A stretch of 62,443 bases of DNA, counting the filler, from Sphacelaria rigidula (taxonomy: Eukaryota), in NCBI GenBank assembly GCA_964200075.2. It is 11 parts of 11 records of this genome, joined end to end, with 100 filler letters (N's around TTAATTAATTAA, not from the genome) between each part and the next. Parts side by side here need not be neighbours in the genome. Positions count along the whole stretch, not along the records: positions 45,489 to 51,073 come from CAXNAA020026094.1; positions 51,174 to 56,758 come from CAXNAA020026095.1; positions 56,859 to 62,443 come from CAXNAA020026096.1; 8 more parts are not named here. One strand, written 5' to 3'. The notes beneath the pieces are model-generated. The model did not search any database and was not told the origin of the DNA. It saw only the letters and a list, made by a program, of their open reading frames with translations. Below, piece by piece: positions 49,942 to 62,443 of this stretch (position 1 is its first letter; each line of letters opens with the position of its first letter). The position numbers and the translations under genes were made by a program.

Positions 49942-51173
49942 TACATGTGTTCTACTTTTCCTCTTCATACTCATGTTTTTCCTTTTTCCTTTCATATTTT
50001 TTTTCCCTGTATGACCCTGTTTTTGGGGGGCGTTGGCTCTTTTCAGCTACCTCCGCCTCGGCCGTTTGGTCGAATGTACGTTCGGTCGGACGTTCTAATC
50101 GGGCCAGGACTTTGTAGATATCTTTTCTTGACTTCGCGGTCACATCGACGCTGTAGTGTAGACCTATGCGGGCGACTTGGAGTGCTATAGCCGTAGGGTG
50201 ACGTTCTTGTTGGTAAGTTGAGGAGTAAAAATAATTCGAGCCAAGTGGAGAGAGGAGGAATTTCGGAATAACTGAGCGAAAACGTGCTGGGGAATAAAGT
50301 AAGCCGACCGCGGGGCACATTTGTGTCTGTTGCCATTTTCATGCGGGTTTGCACTCATTCAGGCTCACTCAGCCCCTTTTTTTTTCAACTCATTTCTTGA
50401 CCTATTTCGCGCGTTCGTTGTCTTGCTTTCTGCGTGCTTGTGTTATCTTGGAGATCTGTGCTGTGTACTGTTATTATTATATATTTTTTCTTGTTGTGTT
50501 TGGTGCCTGTTGTGTCTGTGTGGTACGCTGCGCGGTTGAGAGGTTTCGCCCGCACTTTTGGCGAATATCTGGATCTCTTGTGGGCTTGCTTTTTCGGCAT
50601 ATTAAGAAATCGCAGTAAGATAAGAGGCCGCCGACATGCCGCTTGCTTCTGCCGCTGGCTCTTGATGCTGGCGAACGTTCATGGGTTGCAGCATGTTTTT
50701 AACGTTTAACCTCCTCGAAATAGTTTGTAGGGCAAGTTGCCGGGGAGTCTTGGACAGCGCGAGATGCGCCTGGTATGTCTCAACACCTCCCTGCCCCCCG
50801 AACCTTTCTCCCCGGTGGTGGGGGGGAAGGGGTCAGTTGCACATCCTCTACTGCGTGTACCGCCATCGAAATCTGTGCATCCGGTTATATCGGAATTTGA
50901 AAGCGGCTTGCGGATGTTTTTTTTTGCACTGCGCGATGAATTTCGAGAAATTAAACGTTACTGTGTGGGATGGGGGGATGGGGGGGGGGGGGGGGGGGGT
51001 GGGCTCGGGCGGAAAAGGGGGTTTTCGGCCAGAAGAGGGGGTGGGCAGGCGTGTCACAAAAAAGAGGGGCAGTNNNNNNNNNNNNNNNNNNNNNNNNNNN
51101 NNNNNNNNNNNNNNNNNTTAATTAATTAANNNNNNNNNNNNNNNNNNNNNNNNNNNNNNNNNNNNNNNNNNNN

Positions 51174-54100
51174 CGTACTTTCGACGCTCGATTCCCCGGT
51201 AACGTTGTTGGGTGTGCCGGCAGAATATTGCATCAATGTGCGAGGTAAGCGTTTTATCCATTAATGTAGGCACAACCGACCGCTGACAGCATGCCTCGAC
51301 CCCATTCTCAATCGTATCGAAGATTCTCTATCTCACGAAAACATTGTTGTGTGTGGGCGCTTTGAGATTTCCGACTGGCAAAAGGAATTCAGGTTCTGAG
51401 AATGGACATGGGCAACCTTTAGATAGATAATGGATAGCTGATTTACAAGCAGGTTCTGCCTGTTGTTGCCGGGCCCAATCGGCGTGGGAGAAGAGAGCCA
51501 AACGTTCCTTGAATACACCATCTGTTGAAGCGTCTACTTCGTGTTGGGTCGGTTCGGGGTGGGGTTGGCACGAAGCGGTGATTTCGGAATCAAGGGTGAG
51601 TCTCCCAGTCGGTGTACTCTCAGACGGAACGCTAACGTCTACTCCTGCGTCGATTAGCGTGGAGAGTGTTGTGGTGGTGTTTGCAATATCATCACCAAGG
51701 GAGGGGGGCACAGCCGTGGTTTCGGCTATGGTTGGCAGGGGCGGCACGGTCGGGGTCGATTTTCTGGGGGCCTTGCGTCGCGGAGGCTGCGGGGGCGCAA
51801 GAAAACTATCAGGGACCGGGGTGGGGGCAGGGAGGGGAAGGTCAGGACCAGATACGGCTAATTTGGTGGCCGTTTCGGCGGTTTGCCGTCCACGAGTCCT
51901 ACTCGAAATCGAATCTCGAACTTGAACTGGTAAGACGGAGTCAGCAAAGGACGGTTCTACACCTGCTGCGAAAACCATGCGCTGGCCAGTTGCACGAATA
52001 CGATCATAGCCAACAGTATTCGTAGATAGTCCATTCCAAACTGAGTACAGCGATTGAGATTGCAAGCTGCCTAGGACTGATGCGTGGGCTGTGGTCGTCA
52101 GCCTATCCATGCTTACACCCGGCATTTCTCTCAGTGAAAGGGGTGTGTAGAGACCTTTATGTCCGTTCGTGCTTATGAAATATACAATGTCTTCGGTGGG
52201 ATCGGTAATACGTCCCATGGGGGATTCATCGATAGGTTGAGCTGGTGTGGGCAAGCGTAACAGAAAGTCGGCGTTTGCATTCCGGGGACCTGTGCGGTAC
52301 TTTAGTTGAAAGTTGTAAGACGACATAATTTCGAACCAGCGTTGAACCCTAGCGTTGTGTTTCGCCATTTTGGCAAGGCTTTCCAAAGACTTACGATCGG
52401 TATAAATCACAAGCGGGATGTCATACAACTACTGAGGCAGGCGTCGCACGCCCCAAACAACTGCGCCGGCCTCTTGTTCCATGACAGACCAATTATGTTT
52501 ATTTGGAAATGTGGTCCGACTCAGATAGACAATGGGACGAACAGTAGCATCGACTTGCTCCTGTTCTAATGTGCAGCCAAACCCGATCTTGAAAGAATCT
52601 GTGTGGAGCCGGAAAGGGCGGGAACCCTGCTCCGCGGCCGACCGGTCGGGGAAGACGAGAATCGGCGGGCGCGAAAGGGTGTCGAGGAGGCGGCCGACAG
52701 TTTTTTCCATTTCCAATGTGAACATAAATTTCACTCCTTTTCATGAGGAGAGTGATGAGGGGTTTTAGCGTTTGGGCAAGGTCTGGCTAGTACTGTCTGT
52801 AGTAGCTGAGACCTCCCAACAAGGAACCCAGTTGAGAAATGTCCCGTGGCATGGGCATATCGCCGAGTGCGGCGACCTTGTCGAGGTTTGGGCTACGACC
52901 TTCGGGGGTGATGCAATGACCCAAGAACTCAATCTTCGTGGCACCAATGCGGGATTTGGAGGGGGCGAGTTTCAAGCTGTGTTGTTTAAACCGATTAAAG
53001 AATGATGCCAACTGTTCGACGTGTTCAGCCGGTGTGGAGTCGTGGCACACCGCGTCATCAACATATGGCACTTGGGCAATCTATCAGTTACACGGAACAG
53101 TACACGTTGAAACGCACCTGGAGCTCCGGCGGCACCTTGTGGTGTAACCAGCCACTCGTACGAATCTGATGGCGTGCAAAACGCTGTCAGTTCAATGGAA
53201 TTTGGATCCATCACGAGCTGGTGGTGGCCGGACTGCATGTGAAAGTTCGAAAATACCTTACCCCCGCCAAAAGAGTCAATAATTTCATCAATCCGTGGAA
53301 GTGGCAGCCGGGCGATTTTGGTGACAGCGTTCATTCGTTGATAATTGACCGTCAGTCTGATTTTGCCATTCTTCTTACGGACGACTACTAAAGGTGAGGC
53401 CCACGTAGACGTCGAGTGCCGAATCGAACCGGCGGATAAGTAACCATCGACCATTATCTGGATCTTCTTCGCTAAGAGGGGGTTCGTACGATACGGACGC
53501 ATAGCGATAGGTGGAGTGCCATCAGGAATCTTCATCTTGAACGGTGTCGTGGTACATCGACCTAAATCCAAGGGTGCAGTAGAAAACCGTTCAGAATATC
53601 TAATCAAGATGGATCTCAATCTATCAATTACAGTGGGTGTCCAACCATCGCCAGATAGATCAAAAACAATATGCCGCAAGTGAGGGGGAATGTCATCCCA
53701 CAACCTTTGAATACTGGCGCGTTGTTCTGGGAAACCAAATCCCAGTAATGCAGTTGGGGGTTGAGGTTCAGGCGCATCTGGTGGATTTGTCACCACCATG
53801 CGGTCAGGCATGTGTAGCGGAGGGGGCCCCGTGGATTTCGGGGGGTCGGTCGGCGAGTTGTTCTCCGCAGGGGGGCTCACATCTGACAGGGCGGTTCGTA
53901 TGAGAGGCGCTTGAGCGTAACCCAACAACTGACCGTTGAGTATCGAAACATGCAGGGGACGTGAGGTAAATGGCCGACCTACCTTCGTGGACAAAGACTT
54001 CGGTCTGTTCAAACGGACCAACCTGTGCTCGGTCCTGAAGGTTTGAGCAATTCGACCAAATAATGTCTGGTGAGGGCGGGCGATCCATTGCGTCTCACGA

Positions 54101-55590
54101 GGTTCACTTGTATTAGTTGGGGTTCACGAGAAAGCGAGACAACACGTTCACCAACATAGTACAGAACGAAACCATTACCTGTTTGCCTGTGGTCATCCTT
54201 ATAAGCATGAGCTCCCGAATCAGTGTCGAAGTGACCCAGTGACAGTTTGCCTGTGACTGGACGGTTCGGGACTGGTGTGTCCGTCGTGTACGTGTGTGTG
54301 GAAAACCGAAGCCAACTATCTCGACCCAACAAAACGTCAAAAGACATGGAACCATCGGGTACTATTAGTGCCCACACGGACAACCGAGCAGTGGTAGCAG
54401 TATCCTGGCAGAATTATGCACGTAGTCTCACCGATTGATTGACCGTAAGAGATGTGGAGGAACCAAACCCACCAAAAACACGAGGGCGCACGGTGGACAG
54501 ACAATGCCCGTCCGCCGCATCCGCGTTGCTCATCTGTTGCCAGCAGCTGGCTGTAATGAACGTTTGAGGTGAACAAGAGTCTGGTAGTGCAAGAGCTATC
54601 AAATGACAGTTTGCACGCGCTCCACCATGTAAACCTAACTTGGTCGTAAAAGAAGCATCATCCATAGTTGCAGTACCACTGACGAGATCGGGTCCGAATT
54701 CGGGTAAGACATCTGACACATCCTGCTTTGCGTTTTGAACGAAGGTGCTAAAATGCACCCGTTGATGATCCTGTGGGACAAGCGTTTGGTCGGAAGGATG
54801 GTGCGTGCATGGAGTGTCAGTGTTTGTGCCTGGAATATTTGTCTCATCAGTCGAGGGTTGAATCTCATATACTGCAACGGAGGGGCGATGCCGGGGAAGG
54901 GCAGTTGTCGTGGTTGGATCCGATATTGGCCAACAGAGGGGACGAATCGTCATTGTACAAAGCGGGATCAGTTACATTATCCAGCTTGGTCGGAACTGGG
55001 ACGATTCATCGGGGCGCGGTGTTGAGTTTGATACGCCGATCATCTCAATACCATCACTAGCTAGGGCCAATATGGGAGGTTTTGGAGACGATTCGTCAGG
55101 ACGCGGGGTTGGTAAAGCTGTACCGGTTAACCCGGCGTCTATTGAAGGGGCCAACGTGGGCGAGTTAGGAGGCGATTCGTCTTGCGTATAACACTTTATT
55201 TTCCTGGTGACGAACACACGATCGAGGTGCTTTCATGACTAGGATGCGAACGTCCATGAGTCGGCGAAGCCTGTGTCCCTACAGACGGCAACGCTAAATC
55301 GGAAATGGGTTCTAACGCAGTGCATGAGGGGTGGTCAGGGAGCAGTAACGATCTGTTCGAAATCTGGGGAGTACCGGCCGGTTTCACTCTAAGGTTTTCA
55401 TCTGTCTAACTCCACACGCAATCTCTTCCTTGGAGTTCACTTGTGCTTGCTACATCAGGGTTATCTACATGATCATCTGGAGGAGCCCGCCTAGGGTAAC
55501 GCGTATAGCGCACGAAAGGGTCGGCGGCTCCAGGCGCTATTTAAATGAGTTCTCGGACAGTCGAACCTAGGTCACGCTCTTGGCGCACCA
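51174..55590 (-). mobile_element. Degenerate Ty3/Gypsy LTR retrotransposon (protease-RT-RNase H)
   Basis: ALPDSCS, WASPLVVVRKKNGKIRLTVNYQRMN, PYVDD, FRLHTDS, QEAGAVVWG and IYTDRKSL; frameshifts. Possible PBS TGGTGCGCCAAG ending at 55590. Confidence 0.93.
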
Positions 55591-55719
55591 CCTGAGTCAC
55601 TGTCACTTGGGGTTTATTCCAACCCGCTGAGCGACGGAAAGCATAGGTTCTTTGCGGTTGCGATCCTTCAAGGAATAATTACGCTAATCAAATAAAAGGG
55701 ACACACGTGGACAAATAGC

Positions 55720-55905
55720 ACCCTGTGGGGCACGTCTACAGGGTTCAGGGAAACTGTGCAGTGTTTCTCGCGGGGATCCAGCTGTAGTTTTGTTTTTGCG
55801 CCCCACAGGACGCTTCACAGGGTTCAGGGAAACTGTGCAAGGTTTCTCGCGGGAATTTGAGTGTAAGGTATTATTTTGTGCCACACAGGGCGCTTCACAG
55901 GGTTT
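55720..55905. repeat. Short direct repeats CAGGGTTCAGGGAAACTGTGCA, probably in the Gypsy LTR
   Basis: Two full copies and one partial copy. Confidence 0.65.
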
Positions 55906-58450
55906 CGTCACTCCACGGAAAATCAGGAAACAGAATCGGACCCACGAAAAATTCACACAGACGCGATACAAGAAAAAAACAAAATGGAAACAAAACAAAA
56001 ACAAAAAAGGTGAAAAGAAAAAGAAGAAAGGAGAAACCTGTCCTAGGGCCTCTGAGAGGACAGCTATGCGTATGCATAAACTAGGCCACAGCCATTATAG
56101 CACGCATAAAATATACTCTATACAGCATGGCCATGGTACTGGCAGAAAAAAATGGTCGAGAAATGGCAGGGGTGAGACTCAAACTCCCGATTTTCTGCTT
56201 AAAAGTACGTCAGGTTGCCAATTAACCCTTTTGGGACTGGCAATGGAAAAGTGCTGATTTGGAGGTGCTGGTTTTGAAGGACATATGGTTGATAGTTTTC
56301 AGCTCCCACACAGTACTATTTTGTCCAAGGCGTGTTTTTCAGACCCGCGCCAATGAAACGTGGAAAAAAAAAAGGTTCTCTCTTTTTGACTGTGCCGAAG
56401 AACGTTTTTTGTTCAATCCATCGGACGTTTTCAGCACCGCCAGTATGTGCGGAGGCGTGCTGACCTACAACAAACATAGTGCGGTGACAGTCTCGTACGA
56501 AATGGCTCCCCCAGTACTGGGCCCACCCCTCTCAGTCATGCAGGCCATCCACACACAAGCATGGATGCCGCTGAGGAAAATATAGATACCGCTGAGGAAA
56601 ATATAGAAATCATATCCGTGGTACAGACAGCGTTCCCGGGACCGCCAAATACAAAACGTGGGTCTGATATCGTGAAAGCGGTAAGCGATGAGGACCGGAG
56701 CTTCTTTGAGCAGCTTGCACAAGAAGACCGTGGGGCAGCTGAATCGTCCACAACGCCANNNNNNNNNNNNNNNNNNNNNNNNNNNNNNNNNNNNNNNNNN
56801 NNTTAATTAATTAANNNNNNNNNNNNNNNNNNNNNNNNNNNNNNNNNNNNNNNNNNNNTTGGTGGTTGTGGTTTTGTTCTGGGGCGGGCGGGGGTGGTGG
56901 TGTGCTGGGTGTACTCATTTGTTGCTCGCCTTATTCGTTTGATCACTGACCATGCATCCCTTTCGAGACGGAGCACCGAGGCGGGGAGGGGGGCGCGCTT
57001 GGGGATCACACAGTAAGCGGAATTGGCTACGCTCGCACTTCGTCTTCGCCGAGGCTAATTGAAAAATTATCGACATCAACCGCTGAGAGTTGGACATCGT
57101 ATCGAAGTGAAAGTGATTTGATATCCAACACTAGGTCAACTCCATCTCTGCCCCGGTATGGCACCTACCTACACAACACTCTAAACATCGAGGATCGAGG
57201 ATTACATCAGGACTCCCGCACCGCTCACGACGTCGACTTCCGTCAAGTTTTGTTTGCTACCTACGGAAAACAATATGTCTTCTCTCCAGCGAAACCAAGG
57301 GATGGCGGTACCTACCCATACCGTATCGAACTCTCACCAGTGCCACACACCATGTGCATCACAATGATGAAGTACCGCCAAAACCATGGTGCATACCGTG
57401 CAACCATTTTTCAAACAATCGTAATCGAGGATAGCGCCAGAATAAAATGGATATGTGGTGCAAATAACGCACCCTGGCCGTCGAAGGGTTGAATGTGCGG
57501 GATTCAAGCAAGCAAGCAATCATCCAATAAAATCAACCAACAATTTTTGGCGTATATGCATCAAGCTCTACGCGCCCGATATCAATCACCGTCCCGCCCC
57601 CAATACTCACGTGGTCCTTCCAGCCAGGTTCTGTGGCATCTACGTAGAACCCTGCGCCGGTTCCGAAATCCCAGCCGTCATCCTGCAATCACGACGAAAA
57701 AAAAAAAAAGCACACAAAACACAAAAATGAGCACGAGGGGGCTTGCAGAGTTCCGTCTTATTTTTTGTCAAAAGCAACAAAAAAGCAGGACAAAGCGAGC
57801 GCGACTGACCCCGGTGCACATTCGAAACCCCTTCCCGGACTGCGAGGTGTCCGTTTATTTGGAGAAAATATATATATTCACGACGCTACCACCTTTTTTT
57901 CTCCCATTTTTTTTTGGTGTCGTTCTACTTCAGTACATGCACGATTCCAAGTGCCCACTCCCGCAGCATACATAAGCGTGTGTTTATGTGCATGCATATA
58001 TATATATATATATATATCATGAGAAGCGCTTCTAGGTCAGACCGGAGGGCTGGATAATGACGCCCAACTAGTGATTTGTTACTGCATTGTGGGGCTGTGC
58101 CCTCGGCTCAGGACAACCTACGAAAGAAAACAGACGGAGAGCAAAAAGAAGAGAAAAGCTGCGGTCTGCCTGAGTAACGGAGTCACTCTACCCATTCAGT
58201 GTAACAGCAGTGCGGTCGATGATATTCATATCAGGAAGCATACACGGGAATAAAAATAAAACGCCAAAGGGCGAAAAAAAAAAAGAGAGATATGGCGGCG
58301 GTGGTTCTCTTGTACTCGTTGGAGCTACGAGTAGTGGCTGTATCAAACATCCGATTTAACGTTCTACTTCCAGGGCAATTTCAGCACGTTGACGAGTTAA
58401 TGAAATCAGCGCGACTGACTGTGAGCTTCCCACTGGTCCTTGGTCGAGCC

Positions 58451-58560
58451 ATATTTCGGGGTGTCTGAACTGTATTTCGGGGTGTCTGAACTAGATTTCG
58501 GGGAGTTCGGGCTATAGAGATCTCGGGGTCTCTGAACTCAATTTCGGGGGTGTCTGGACG
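58451..58560. repeat. ~21-bp minisatellite ATTTCGGGGTGTCTGAACT
   Basis: About five degenerate tandem copies. Confidence 0.8.
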
Positions 58561-60361
58561 AAATGTCGGAGCGTCAGATGGAGCTAATAAAAAAAAAGGC
58601 TACTACAAGCTGAGCCGCTCAAGAAGTCCATTTTCCTTCGGTCTGTTCTAACTGACGAGATATCACGAGTTGTGCTTACCATGACACATCGTGGTAATTT
58701 GCGAATCAATGCGCGTATTTTCAATCCACGTAGCACTGCGATCTGATAGCAATCAAACGAAATACCAAGCTGCAGTCAGCTCCAAAGTGTAGAGAGTTGA
58801 GGGTGATATGTGCGGCGGAATTAGAAAGAAAAAGGGGGGCTGAGATCGAATTTTCCAAGGTTGTGTTCTGTAAGGAACCGGTACGTTCCGTGGGGTATGG
58901 GATTCCGTACAGAACTTACAGAAATATCGGGTACCGGTATGAAAGTCCTACAGAACTTACAGAACTTGTCGGGTACAGTATGGGAGGCTTACAGAAAACC
59001 GATACCGGCAATTGGGTAACTCTTTTAGGGCATACCCACCCTTTGGGTACGAGGAGACATTCTGTACAGAACTCACAAAATTGTCGGGTAAGGGTATGGG
59101 AGACTTACAGAGCTCACAGAAACTGTCAGGTAGGGTATGGAGATCGCAGACAACCGAACCCGCAACCCGGTATCTCATCCAGAGCGTACCCGTGCCCCCG
59201 CTAACGCGTACGGGGAGGGTTGCAGAACTCAAAGAACGATCGGGCAAGGGTATGAAAGTCTTCCAGAGTTTACATGACTGTCGCGTAGGGGTATGGATGG
59301 TTTACATAAAACCGTACCCTTACCCGGATATTAGATACAGCTATACCCGTGCTCCGGTTGCGGGTAAGAGAGGCTTAGAAAACATACAGAACTACTGGGT
59401 AGTGTTCAACACCCGGGTAAATACCCCGGGTGAACAAATGAAGCACCACGCTGAGGTGCGTTCATGTAGCCTTCCGGTGTGGTACTCATGCAACGCGAAG
59501 AGCATTGATGTGCGCGAACCACGCATGCTTACCCGCCAAAACACAGTAGGATGACCATAAGTGAAAGTGAGGAACACAGAAGAACCGAGGCGAGTGATGA
59601 AGGATACGGTCACCGTGAAAAGCTTCACTTGAGACAATATTTTCGTGAGATTGAGAACAGAGGACACGATTGAGGATGAAAAGCGGTCAAGTAGTGAATG
59701 AATCGTTTCAGTTCCGAAATGCCCCTCCACGAGGCCCGATATGCATTCTGTAGTAGCTTGCCACTGAAGCCCTTGATATCCCTGAGTAGGATATTGACGT
59801 GTAGCTGTAAGCACACACCAGTGATGGAGGCAAAGAAAGCACACACGGAATGAAAAATAGGCTCAGTTGAAGCGAATGATCAAGGCCACTCTCAATCAGC
59901 GCTCTACTCTCAATCTCGCCAAATTGTTGTTCTTATTGGAAATATTGATAGGTGTGCAGAGATTAGTGAAAGAGTAAGGTGGGGTGCTGGGAGGTACATC
60001 TTCGGTCCATCAGGTTGTGTTTTGATTGAACCTATGTCCATACCTCCAAAAGGTATATACCTGTACTTGTACCTGCAATCGAGTATATCTACAACGGTAT
60101 ACCCTAAGAGTGGGGGCATGGGAAGCTTACAGAGCTTACAGAAATATCGGGTACCGAAATGAAAGTCTTACAGAGTATACACAACTGTCGGGTACCGGTA
60201 TGAAAGTCATATAGAAATTACAGAACTTCACGGATGCTGTATGGGAGGCTCGCAGAAAACCGGTACCCGCAATCGGGTAACTCTTTTAGGGCATACCCGC
60301 CTCTCGGGTACGGGTAAACATTTTGTACATAACTCACAGAACTGTCGGGTAAGGGTATGGG

Positions 60362-60771
60362 TAGAGCTCGGAAATGGTTTGTCTAACCATTAACCAGTTG
60401 AATGGTTACGCGTAGTGCACTCATTAACCAGCTAAATGGTACATAATGGTTTGGTCATCGAGTGGCGCCGCCGCAAGCCAATAAGCGCCCCTTGGCAGAG
60501 GGACCCCCGCCGGAGGCGCCTCCGAAGGGCCCGCTGGAGGCGCCGTGCGGGAGGCACGTTCTTACATGATTTGGCTTCACTAGAGCTAAAAAAACGTGAA
60601 TTGGGCCAACTTTCAAGGGCTGCATGTAGCATACGTAGCTGTCAACGGCTCATAGAGTCGGTAACGGTAAATAATGGTTTGAAGCCATTATCCCAAATTT
60701 TCATATACATTACCATTATTATCATTATAATGATGATGGCCAGTTATAAGTGGTACCATTTCCGAGCTCTA
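60362..60771. mobile_element. hAT-type MITE, 410 bp
   Basis: Perfect 17-bp TIR TAGAGCTCGGAAATGGT; perfect 8-bp TSD GGTATGGG (60354-60361 and 60772-60779). Confidence 0.92.
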
Positions 60772-62443
60772 GGTATGGGAGATTTTACAGAATTTATAGA
60801 AACTGTCGGGTAGGGTGCGGAGATCGCACAGACAACCGTGCCCGCAACCGGGTATCTCATCCCGAGCGTACCTGTGCCCCCGGTAACAGGTACGGGAGGG
60901 TTACAGAACTCACGGAACTATCGGGTAGAGGTATGAAAGCCTAACAGAGTTTACAGAACTGTCGGGTACCGGTATGAAAGTCTTACAGAAGTCACAGAAC
61001 TGTCGGGTACGGTACATACCCGGGTAAATACCCCGGGTATACAGAAAACCGTATCCTACGGAACACCTTGCAATTTTCGGTTCCAGTCGGTTGCGCCGCG
61101 GCCGCAAGTCGTGGTGCCGCACAAGGTGTGGTTGTACAATAATGCATGTCGTACTGTAGGCGCGCAGTGTCTAAAATGGGACGCAGACGAGGCCCCCAGC
61201 GCGCCAAGACGTGTGGTAGTAGTGTGTGAACCGGTAAGCAGTGGGTGAAGAAAGCTTGTAGAGGTCAAAGTTCCGGCTGAGGTTGTTGTACTCTGAAAGC
61301 ACGTCAACCGGTTTTGGGCAGAAAAAAAACGCGGTTGCGCAGTTCAATTTCAAGTTGTTTTCGAAAACATCTTGACCCGATGCACATGAGGTATGTGCAA
61401 AGACCCTACTCACTGTTCCCCCTCACTTTTTCTTGATTTTCCAGATTCTCAACAAACGGGGCACGCCGTCAACGAGCACATGAGAGAACGCACAAATCGG
61501 CGTCCCTCCGGAGGTCGCGTATGATGCATCAGTGGAGGTTGATACTGGCGAGAGATCGTAAGATATCTTGCGTCTTTGAGTTTAGGCGGTACACAACAGA
61601 AAGACTACTTGGATCACACCCTGGACAAAAGATTCTAATGTAAAAAATATACACTACGTACAGTATGGAATCTATTGTCTGCTGTGATTGGGGCAATAGT
61701 CGATACTGTACACAATACACTTTTTGACAATTTATTCGATTGTCCAGGGTGTGATTTGGATACAGGTGCATCTTCAAGCGGCGCTGTCCGTCGCCACGAC
61801 TTCATTGAAAACAACAACAACAACAACAAGCTCACTAACCCCACCAACTACAACAAAACAAGCTAGCTGATAATATAAAGTGCCGTCGTGTTTCGGCGGA
61901 AGGTTTGTCATGGTTCTTTTTTCATGTATTGAAACTACCTCGCCGGGAATCCCTGCCCCCCTCGGGCTGGTGTCAGGTGCCACGAGTGCTACGCCTCTCA
62001 GCGCCGCTGTCCGCTGCGCCCCGGCTTTTTGGATGAAGTTTTCGTCCGTACACGTCAGCCCGGACAGGTAGTACAACGTCTGAACTCGAATAACAGCAAG
62101 AAGGCAAGGGGGGGGCGGGTAGAGGGGATCAAGAGGGGGGGTGTAATGAGGGCCAAAAGAAGTAGGGGAGACAAACCAACAATCAAGAACCAGTCAAAGA
62201 AGAAGGGAAATATGCACACACGCCTACACAAAGTCGAAAAAAATACCAGGATGGACACACAAGACGCGAGAAAAGAATAAAAAGAAGACGGTAGGGGGGC
62301 GTACTCATTTGTTGGTTGCCTTAGTCATTTGACCATTAATCACACATCCCTTTCGAGACGTAGCAGGGGGGGGAGGGGGGTACAGTAAGAAAAAGAAGGG
62401 CGACGAGAGATATATATTTAGTGGGGGGGGGGGGCGTACTCAT

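Noticed and set aside
56561..56758. Acidic ORF with a 21-bp tandem duplication
   Set aside because: Truncated by the contig end and too short to support.

Overview
Eukaryotic genomic DNA, most likely a brown alga (Phaeophyceae; inferred from short exons in long GT-AG introns, the Tom70-like gene and the repeat landscape, not proven). The window is not one locus. It is 11 unrelated contigs of 5,585-5,586 bp joined by artificial N44-TTAATTAATTAA-N44 linkers, so cross-contig synteny is meaningless and most track ORFs are spurious. Supported content: two exons of a Sec7 ARF-GEF, four 3' exons of a Tom70-like TPR gene, the 3' end of a gene with a long Ala/Val/Glu repeat tail, degenerate LINE, Copia and Gypsy elements, tRNA-derived SINEs, several MITE families and subrepeat-rich dispersed repeats. 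The most notable signal is a LINE-dependent ~65-bp retroposon that ends in a C-run rather than poly(A) and inserts into C/G runs with TSDs, together with a diverged sister family. The second is a 55-bp-stem hairpin in a Tom70 intron that pairs fully only on the host-gene strand (candidate intronic miRNA).
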